From Deltaproteobacteria bacterium (GTDB lineage: Bacteria; Chloroflexota; Dehalococcoidia; Dehalococcoidales; BS750m-G39), in the NCBI GenBank assembly GCA_030603275.1, contig JAUVYB010000005.1, positions 13,928-77,927 of the forward strand: a DNA stretch of 64,000 nt, in the 5' to 3' direction. A program made the translations under genes and the position numbers. A model generated the notes under the pieces. That model saw only the letters and a list, made by a program, of their open reading frames with translations, had not been told where the DNA came from and did not search any database. This document shows positions 56,719 through 63,521 of this stretch, one piece after another (position 1 is the stretch's first letter; each line of letters opens with the position of its first letter).

Positions 56719-58073
56719 TACCTTTGTTCCTTTTCTTTGCCGTCTTCCGCCACGATAAGCCCGGTCTTACCATCCCAGCCAGCCGGCGGCTGGCGTCCCG
56801 GCACATCAGCCCACTTGCCCAGGGCGCCGCATTCGTATAGCTGCTTGATTTCGTCCTCGCTTTTGCCCAGGTGGTGCGCCATTATATATTCGTTGTCAAA
56901 GCCTACCGCCCTGACTGACCGCTTGACCTTTGGCGGCGTCCTGGACATCATTACCGGAAATTCATAGTCGTGGTATTGACCGAGGAGAGGGTCATCGACA
57001 TCGGTGATGAAGCCTCGCTCCTGGAAATGCCTATCCTCCGCCACATCCTTGACGGTGTACACGCGGGACGCGGCGAAGCCGTGCTTTTCCGCCATCTCTT
57101 CAATCTCTCCGGCGGTCCTGGCTCTGGCCCAATCGGCGACGATTTTTAGAATTTGAGTGGCATTATCTTCCTTAAGCCGAGTGAGGTGGTCTTTAAATCT
57201 GGGGTCGCTGGCCAGCTCCGGCCTGCCCATAGCTGTGCACAGGCCTCCGAATTCCTCCGGGGCGGGGGCGGCTATAGCCACAAAAGCACCGTCGGCGCAG
57301 TAGAACGTGTCGGCGGGGCATATAGATACGTCCCTGTTACCGGCTGGCATGGCTGTCTTGCCCGTAATCTGCTGGTAAGGCCAGACCCAGGACATTGCCC
57401 GCATGATGTTTTCGCTCTGTGACAGCTCTATATACTGTCCCTTGCCCGTCCTCTCCCGATAGTGGAGGGCAGCCAGTACCGCCATCTCACCCATCAGTCC
57501 GCCGTAGTCGTCGCAGGGGTATATACTGCTCTTAAGCGGCGGCTGACCGGGGAAGCTGGACACCCAGGCATATCCGGAAAATCCCTGGGAGGCGCCGTCG
57601 TTGGAAGGCCTGTTTTCGGCGGCGTATTTTCCCCACTGGCCAAAGCCGTTCTTGGCGATGTAAATAATGCTGGGGTTAACCTCTTTGATTTGTCGGTAGC
57701 CAACGTCCCAGCCTTCCATCACCCCCGGCCGGAGGTTTTCTTCAATAATGTCAGACTTGGCGGCGAGTTCCAGAAACACCTTCTTCGCTTCAGCATTATG
57801 CAGGTCCAGGCCCAGCCAGTATTTGTTGGGGTTGTTGTGGGTAAATACCGGCCCGTAACCCTTGAATAAATAGCCAAAGGGAGTCATGTCACGACAGGTA
57901 TCCCCCATGGGTGGTAGCTCACACTTTATGACTTCGGCGCCCATCATTGCCAGAAAGCCTGGCCCCGAAGGACCCAGAATGAGAGTGCATACCTCAAGTA
58001 CCCTGATACCTTTTAACGGTGCTGGTTTAGAATTTTTATTTTCTTTATAGTTCTGCCAAGTCTTTTCTGCCAT
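56718..58073 (-). CDS. Family III CoA-transferase (CaiB/BaiF family), subunit 1
   Basis: 451 aa. GIRVLEV......P....LA.MGAEVIKCELPPMGDTCR. Confidence 0.85.
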   Translation of the reverse strand: MAEKTWQNYKENKNSKPAPLKGIRVLEVCTLILGPSGPGFLAMMGAEVIKCELPPMGDTCRDMTPFGYLFKGYGPVFTHNNPNKYWLGLDLHNAEAKKVFLELAAKSDIIEENLRPGVMEGWDVGYRQIKEVNPSIIYIAKNGFGQWGKYAAENRPSNDGASQGFSGYAWVSSFPGQPPLKSSIYPCDDYGGLMGEMAVLAALHYRERTGKGQYIELSQSENIMRAMSWVWPYQQITGKTAMPAGNRDVSICPADTFYCADGAFVAIAAPAPEEFGGLCTAMGRPELASDPRFKDHLTRLKEDNATQILKIVADWARARTAGEIEEMAEKHGFAASRVYTVKDVAEDRHFQERGFITDVDDPLLGQYHDYEFPVMMSRTPPKVKRSVRAVGFDNEYIMAHHLGKSEDEIKQLYECGALGKWADVPGRQPPAGWDGKTGLIVAEDGKEKEQR

Positions 58074-58376
58074 AAAAAGAAGCTGCTCTCCTCGCTCTAC
58101 GGGGCAAGAGCGATCTTTATCAGACTCTTCGTTGCCGCGAGCCTTTCAAACCCTTTCTCCACAATACTTTATCTTGATACCTCGCCGGTGGCGGCCTCTG
58201 GTTTTGGCCGTTCCTGTAACCTGATGGATCTTACTCCTTCACACACTGCGACTTTCATGGTACCCTACTATAATATGTTGTTGCTTTATCAAATATTTCA
58301 TAAGTTCCGGGTGGTGCAGATATATATTCGGCGGCAATAGTTTTGCTCAACAACCAAGAGGTCGGACACAGACCTC

Positions 58377-58722
58377 CTAGCTTCGTGGTGGGTGGTACAG
58401 TACAATAGGCAGAACTTTTAAGCTCGCCTTCACCCTGACCGTATAGTAGTATAACCTACAAACCTGTCGGAGGTAAAGTTGCCGAAGAAGTCGGTCAGGC
58501 TGCTCCTTTTCCGTCTCCTGCTGTCTGGCGCGGTCTTTAGCCGCTTCCTCAAGCTGGTCATAGAGGGAAAGACCCAGGATATCGCCCAGCACCTCCTTGT
58601 GCCTGGTGGGGGGGGGGGTGGTTGGTGCACTCGTCGGCGTGTCCCTGCCTGAGGAAGGCGCTGTTAATGAAGGTGGCGTAGTCCATGTGGAGGGTATTGA
58701 TAATCTTCTGCTGGGTCCGGGT
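58377..58722 (-). pseudogene. Relic of an SbcC/Rad50-like ATPase gene (internal ~75-aa fragment, frameshifted at a homopolymer)
   Basis: Minus-strand translation gives TRTQQKIINTLHMDYATFINSAFLRQGHADE. After a 1-nt frame change inside the 11-nt G run (58608-58618) it continues RHKEVLGDILGLSLYDQLEEAAKDRARQQ. A stop lies 2 codons upstream of the first block. No P-loop N-terminus or C-terminal domain is present. Confidence 0.5.
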
Positions 58723-58733
58723 TATTTATCTAT

Positions 58734-58762
58734 TTGTAAAGCTGGTCGCTTTGGTGTATAAT
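58734..58762 (+). promoter_or_regulatory. Sigma-70-like promoter of the zinc-ribbon / RNA-binding gene set
   Basis: TTGTAA, 17 nt (ending in TG-G-TG), TATAAT (58757-58762). Confidence 0.5.
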
Positions 58763-58828
58763 ATATTTAATAGTTTAGGTTTAGGTTATTACTAGCTTTT
58801 TAGAGTCCGCTCATATTTGTATTAAGTA

Positions 58829-58880
58829 TTGGATGACCCGAACTCCAACTAAAATTCCGGAGAGGGGAGGTCATCCAATG
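58829..58880 (+). promoter_or_regulatory. 5'-leader hairpin sequestering the Shine-Dalgarno sequence and start codon of zinc-ribbon gene 1
   Basis: TTGGATGACC (58829-58838) pairs perfectly with GGTCATCCAA (58869-58878). The 3' arm contains the last 2 nt of GGAGG and the A of the ATG at 58878. Confidence 0.55.
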
Positions 58881-59123
58881 TGCTTTCAGGACAAGTCGCT
58901 CCAATGTTCCGATTGTGGGGCCACATTTACTTTCAGCGCTGAGGAACAAGAGTTTTTCCAGTCTAAAGGCTTTACTAATGAGCCAAAGCGCTGTCCCTCG
59001 TGCCATACAGCAAGGAAGACAAAGCGTTACGGAGATGGTGACTACAGCTACAGATCCAGATCCTGGCAGCAGATGTTCCGTTTAAATTTCTATCAAGTGT
59101 TGGATGACCCCAACTCTAACTAA
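58878..59123 (+). CDS. Small zinc-ribbon protein (CxxC...CxxC, zf-trcl-like), paralog 1 with C-terminal extension
   Basis: Start at MCFQDKSLQCSDCG (GGAGG lies 7 nt upstream). CSDC...CPSC. 81 aa. Its stop lies inside the leader of paralog 2. Confidence 0.7.
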   Translation: MCFQDKSLQCSDCGATFTFSAEEQEFFQSKGFTNEPKRCPSCHTARKTKRYGDGDYSYRSRSWQQMFRLNFYQVLDDPNSN

Positions 59124-59147
59124 TAGAAGAGAGGAGGTCATCCAATG
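59100..59147 (+). promoter_or_regulatory. Second copy of the SD/AUG-sequestering hairpin (leader of zinc-ribbon gene 2)
   Basis: TTGGATGACC (59100-59109) pairs with GGTCATCCAA (59136-59145). ATG at 59145. Confidence 0.55.
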
Positions 59148-59333
59148 AGCTTTCAGGACAAAGAGATCCAATGTTCCGATTGTGGGACTACATTCACTTT
59201 CAGCGCTGGGGAACAAGAGTTCTTCCAGTCTAAAGGCTTTACCAATGAGCCTAAGCGCTGTCCCTCATGCCGTCGAGCCAACAAAGCGCAGCGTTCCGAT
59301 AGCGGAAACTATAGCCAAAGTTCCAAGTGGTGA
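59145..59333 (+). CDS. Small zinc-ribbon protein (zf-trcl-like), paralog 2
   Basis: 62 aa: MSFQDKEIQCSDCGTTFTFSAGEQEFFQSKGFTNEPKRCPSCRRANK. Confidence 0.72.
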   Translation: MSFQDKEIQCSDCGTTFTFSAGEQEFFQSKGFTNEPKRCPSCRRANKAQRSDSGNYSQSSKW

Positions 59334-59459
59334 ATGCTTTGTGCCTTCTACGTGAGCAGCTAATGCTGGTTTGCTTTTGAAGACATGCACAGGTCAGGAG
59401 TACCTGGCCTGTGTGCCACTAGAACAAGGATTACACAATGTAACAAGGAGGGTTCTAAT

Positions 59460-59813
59460 ATGAGAATCTATGTAGGTAACTTATCCTATGACGTGACTGA
59501 AGAGGAGTTAAGGGAAGATTTCGCCTCTTTTGGAAAGGTAGAGTCTATAGCTATTCCAACCGACAAATATAGCGGTAGAGCCAGAGGATTTGCCTTTGTC
59601 GAGATGCCTTCGGTGTCCGAGGGTCAGGCGGCAATCGCAGCTCTCAATGGCAAGACGGTAAAAGACCGGACTCTCACCGTGAATGCCGCACGCCCCCGTT
59701 CTGACAGCGGAGGCGGTGGATCCTATGGCGACAGAAGAGGTGGTGGGGGTGGTGGATTTGGTGGCGGTGGTAGAGGTGGTAGATCCGGGGGAGGAAGACA
59801 GCAAAGATATTAA
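59460..59813 (+). CDS. RRM-domain RNA-binding protein with glycine/arginine-rich tail
   Basis: Start at MRIYVGNLSY (RNP2; AAGGAGGG upstream). RNP1 RGFAFVEM. C-terminal GGGGSYGDRRGGGGGGFGGGGRGGRSGGGR. Confidence 0.87.
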   Translation: MRIYVGNLSYDVTEEELREDFASFGKVESIAIPTDKYSGRARGFAFVEMPSVSEGQAAIAALNGKTVKDRTLTVNAARPRSDSGGGGSYGDRRGGGGGGFGGGGRGGRSGGGRQQRY

Positions 59814-59933
59814 GTTATCTGGTGGCTGTCTAAGATTAAAGGTCGTGCTGGTATTTACATGAATCCAGAAACTGTTGCTGACACACTCGTGACAGATCGG
59901 CGTAGGGAAACCCGTTTCATAAAAGGGGGTAAC

Positions 59934-60269
59934 ATGAATATATATGTGGGTAACTTACCGCTTGAGGTGACTGAGGATGAACTGCGACAAGAATTCACGG
60001 CTTTCGGAGAAGTGATATCTGCAATCATTATGAATGATAAGTATATTGGTAGCGGCCAACAGCGCGGATATGGCTTTGTTCAAATGCCATCATCGTCTGA
60101 AGGTAACGCCGCAATTACTGCTCTCAATGACAAAACACTGGGGCATATGACTATTAGTGTTGTTGAGGCCCTCCCTCTTTCTGACAAAAAAGGCAATGGC
60201 TATTTTGTTGCCAGGAAACGTGGCTGGTCCAGTAGCAGAGTAAGACAAAGAAGATACAAAATCAGTTGA
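59934..60269 (+). CDS. RRM-domain RNA-binding protein with basic tail
   Basis: Start at MNIYVGNLPL (RNP2). RNP1 RGYGFVQM. C-terminal KRGWSSSRVRQRRYK. Confidence 0.85.
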   Translation: MNIYVGNLPLEVTEDELRQEFTAFGEVISAIIMNDKYIGSGQQRGYGFVQMPSSSEGNAAITALNDKTLGHMTISVVEALPLSDKKGNGYFVARKRGWSSSRVRQRRYKIS

Positions 60270-60323
60270 GTTGCCTGCCGTTTTTTAGGCGCAGGTGACT
60301 CTAAATTTTAACAAGGAGTTTTA

Positions 60324-61505
60324 ATGAGTTTCGAAACCTTCAATTTTGATCCGAGCATCATGGCCGGTGTACGTGCGCTCGGTTACATCACACCCACACC
60401 AATCCAGGATAAATCCATCCCGCCAATTATGCAGGGGCGTGATATCATTGGCATAGCCCAGACCGGAACCGGCAAGACTGCCGCTTTTGTGCTGCCGATT
60501 CTGCAGCGTCTACTGCCGGGCCCACGGGGCCGTGTCCGGGCTTTAATAGTATCGCCCACGCGTGAACTGGCCGAGCAAATAGGCGAGGCCATAAATGATT
60601 TGGGGGAACAAACCGGATTGCAGGGTCTAGCCATCTATGGTGGAGTGAGTATGGAGCAGCAAGTCCGGAAACTACGCAGCGGGGTTGACATAGTTGTTGG
60701 TTGTCCCGGCCGGCTGCTCGATCACCTTTGGAAGGGTACAGTTGATTTATCCCATCTGGAGGTTCTCGTAATCGATGAGGCGGACCGGATGTTTGATATG
60801 GGCTTTCTACCCAGCGTCAGGGGTATTCTGGAGTGTATATTAAACCGGCGGCAGACACTCCTTTTTTCGGCTACCATGCCCGGTGATATCCGGCGTCTGG
60901 TGCAAGAAATCCTGCACGACCCGGTCACAGTACAAATTGGCCGCTCGGCACCGGCAACCACCGTGTCACACTCACTGTATCCGGTAAAGCAGCACCTCAA
61001 GACGGCTCTGCTGAAGGAGCTATTAAACAAAACCAGAACAGAGTCGGTCCTTATCTTTACGCGTACCAAGCACCGCGCCGACCGCGTAGCGCAACAATTG
61101 ATAAGGGCAGGATATCGGGCGACCGCACTGCAGGGTAATATGCCTCAGTACCAGCGTAACGCCGCGCTTGCTGGCTTCCGCGATGGCTCATATAAGATCC
61201 TGGTGGCGACTGATATTGCCGCCCGAGGCATCGATGTTTTGGAAATTTCACACGTCGTCAACTACGATATGCCCGACAGTACGGACGCCTACACTCATCG
61301 CATCGGCCGTACCGGACGAGTTGGCAAAGCCGGTGATGCATTCACTTTAGTGACGGGTGAAGACACGGCCATGGTGCGCTCTCTTGAGCGCCTTCTTGAC
61401 CGACCGTTGGAGCACCGTACGCTAAAAAGCTTTGATTACACAAAGTCTGCACCAGCCAGAGAATACATCCGCACTACGCGTCAATTAGGACGACGTGCAG
61501 TATGA
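60324..61505 (+). CDS. DEAD-box ATP-dependent RNA helicase (RhlE/CshA-like)
   Basis: 393 aa. Q motif TPIQ, AQTGTGKT, PTRELA, DEAD, SAT, HRIGRTGR. Confidence 0.93.
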   Translation: MSFETFNFDPSIMAGVRALGYITPTPIQDKSIPPIMQGRDIIGIAQTGTGKTAAFVLPILQRLLPGPRGRVRALIVSPTRELAEQIGEAINDLGEQTGLQGLAIYGGVSMEQQVRKLRSGVDIVVGCPGRLLDHLWKGTVDLSHLEVLVIDEADRMFDMGFLPSVRGILECILNRRQTLLFSATMPGDIRRLVQEILHDPVTVQIGRSAPATTVSHSLYPVKQHLKTALLKELLNKTRTESVLIFTRTKHRADRVAQQLIRAGYRATALQGNMPQYQRNAALAGFRDGSYKILVATDIAARGIDVLEISHVVNYDMPDSTDAYTHRIGRTGRVGKAGDAFTLVTGEDTAMVRSLERLLDRPLEHRTLKSFDYTKSAPAREYIRTTRQLGRRAV

Positions 61506-61972
61506 CGGGTCTTGGCCTTTCTGAGAGTAAGGTGCAGGTAGACCCCCTCATAGCATGCTTCCGTTGCGGCGTGTGTTGCACTGAGTACCAGGTCAATCTT
61601 AGTCTGACAGAAGGGCAGCGTATTGCCGATAGGCTGGGGCTTGCCTGGGGGGAATTCCTGAACAGATACGTAGATAAGAATTGGCCTGGCATTAAGAACT
61701 TTCTCCTACGCAAGCGTAACGGGGCATGCGTCTTCCTTGAACGGATGGAGGGTAGCAAAGTGACCCGTTGCCGAATTCATGCTTTTAGACCATCATCTTG
61801 CATGGACTGGGTACCCAGCTTGTATCGGAGGGAGTGTCAGGGGGGACTTGCCAAATATTGGGGGCTGGCGGTCAGCCCCCCAGGTCAACTCAAGGGCTCT
61901 ACTGAAAATGTCCGGGAATTCTGTGATTTACTGGAATCATTAGTGACCTGTAATCCTCAAGACCTCAATTGA
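61502..61972 (+). CDS. YkgJ-family cysteine-cluster protein
   Basis: 156 aa. CFRCGVCC...C.FL....C.IH..RP..C. Overlaps the helicase stop by 4 nt. Confidence 0.72.
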   Translation: MTGLGLSESKVQVDPLIACFRCGVCCTEYQVNLSLTEGQRIADRLGLAWGEFLNRYVDKNWPGIKNFLLRKRNGACVFLERMEGSKVTRCRIHAFRPSSCMDWVPSLYRRECQGGLAKYWGLAVSPPGQLKGSTENVREFCDLLESLVTCNPQDLN

Positions 61973-62124
61973 TTTCCCCTTACGGCAAATTCCAACAAGA
62001 TGCCCCCGATTTAAGCCCGTTCGCTAGTTCGTATATTTGCCAACTTTGTCACGCAATAAATCATATTGTGCAGTACACGTTTCTACATAATTGCGTATTT
62101 TTTGATATGTTATAATAGTTGACG

Positions 62125-63282
62125 ATGAACAAAACCGCAACGAAACGCCACGTAAAGATAGTATGCACACTGGGTCCCGCCAGCAGCTCTCCCCGAGTTA
62201 TTGAAAATATGCTAAAAGGCGGCATGGACGTCGTACGCCTTAACCTAGCCCACGGGACACTTCAGGAGCACAGCCAGCTCATTTCTGAAGTTCGGTCGCT
62301 CAGTCAAAAGCTTAAACTTCCTGTAGGCATCCTCCTTGATCTTCCTGGTCTTAAACTTGGCCACGGGGATATCAAGGCCGTTTTCGGTCAGCATCTAGAT
62401 TTTGCTCTTACCGAGGACGCTGACTTCATTGCCCTATCTTTCATCTCCTCAGTGCGACAGGTACGAGAGGTCAAGCAGCTGCTTAGAAAAATGAAGGCTG
62501 ACATACCTGTCATTGTCAAGATAGAGGAAGCGCGGGCTTTGGAAGAGAGCGAAATCATACTTGAGGCTGGGGAAGGTATCATGGTGGCCAGAGGAGACCT
62601 GGCCCTGGACATAAGCATCGAGAAAGTGCCAATGGCCCAGAAAAGGCTGATAAAGGAGGCCAATCGTCAGGGAAAGCCGGTAATTACCGCCACCCAAATG
62701 CTTGAGTCTATGGTACGGTCAGCTACACCGACGAGGGCAGAGGCCACCGACGTAGCCAATGCTGTCCTTGATGGCAGTGACGCTCTGATGCTCTCTGAGG
62801 AAACGGCCATTGGTAGTTATCCCGTCGAAGCTATGGAGACAATGGTAAAAATAGCCCTGGAAGCTGAGGTAATGTTCCCCTATGAGGAGATACTCCACAG
62901 CCGTTGGCAGGATATCTTGCCTGAGGTTAATGATGCGGCTGCCAGAGCCGCCTGCCAGATGGCTCACCAGGTGCAAGCCAAGGCCATCGTCGCCTTTACC
63001 ACCGCTGGGACTACGGCCTTAAGGGTATCGAAATATAGACCGTATCATCCTATTCTGGCGATAACCCCATCGGCATCAGTGGTGAGACGTCTTTCGTTAG
63101 TCTGGGGAGTACTACCACTTGAAGAACCTGAGCCTGCAAATCTGGAGGAGGTCTTCGAGCTGGCAAGCCAAGCGGCATTGGAGACGAACCTCGCTAAGAG
63201 GGGCGACCTGATAGTGATTATTGCCGGAATTCCCCTGGCTGTTCCGGGAAGCACCAACTTAGTCAAAATACACTGTATCTAA
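62125..63282 (+). CDS. Pyruvate kinase-like protein lacking the B (lid) domain
   Basis: A-domain motifs are present (KIVCTLGP, VVRLNLAHG, VKIEE, MVARGDLA, ATQMLESM, MLSEETA) and the C domain is present. The sequence runs from LLDLPGLKLGHG directly into DIKAVFG...ADFIALSFI, where about 100 aa of B domain are expected. Confidence 0.72.
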   Translation: MNKTATKRHVKIVCTLGPASSSPRVIENMLKGGMDVVRLNLAHGTLQEHSQLISEVRSLSQKLKLPVGILLDLPGLKLGHGDIKAVFGQHLDFALTEDADFIALSFISSVRQVREVKQLLRKMKADIPVIVKIEEARALEESEIILEAGEGIMVARGDLALDISIEKVPMAQKRLIKEANRQGKPVITATQMLESMVRSATPTRAEATDVANAVLDGSDALMLSEETAIGSYPVEAMETMVKIALEAEVMFPYEEILHSRWQDILPEVNDAAARAACQMAHQVQAKAIVAFTTAGTTALRVSKYRPYHPILAITPSASVVRRLSLVWGVLPLEEPEPANLEEVFELASQAALETNLAKRGDLIVIIAGIPLAVPGSTNLVKIHCI

Positions 63283-63521
63283 TTTACACCTGGTCTAATC
63301 AGTTAACAGTTCTTGGCGGGAGCCGATTACCCCAATTCTTAACCGGATTTTAGCATTTGGCTATTGAATGCAGATCCTTCATCCGGGTTACCGATAAGCT
63401 TAGACATCGAATTGGCCCCGTTAGGGAAGGGGGATGTTATTATACTAGAACAATCGTTCCATTGTCAAGGGGTTTTAGTGGCCGTTTATAGGGAGTATAA
63501 TTGTATTTCAGAGTGAAAGAG

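Noticed and set aside
58074-58376. Roughly 300-nt ORF-free leader upstream of the CoA-transferase pair as a possible riboswitch
   Set aside because: It has some local hairpins, but I could recognise no conserved core of the common riboswitch classes (B12 box, TPP CUGAGA/ACCUGAUCUGGAUAAUGCCAGCG, SAM, FMN, glycine). A covariance-model scan is needed before any claim.
58608-58618. G11 homopolymer as a phase-variation switch controlling an SbcC-like gene
   Set aside because: Restoring the frame would still give only an internal fragment, because the ATPase N-terminus and the entire C-terminal part are absent. The tract more likely lies in dead DNA or reflects a sequencing-length error.
58100-63300. 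Integrase, transposase or tRNA-adjacent attachment site delimiting the lower-GC segment as a classic genomic island
   Set aside because: None is present in the window. The only boundary feature is the SbcC-like relic, so the island interpretation stays at the level of composition and gene content.
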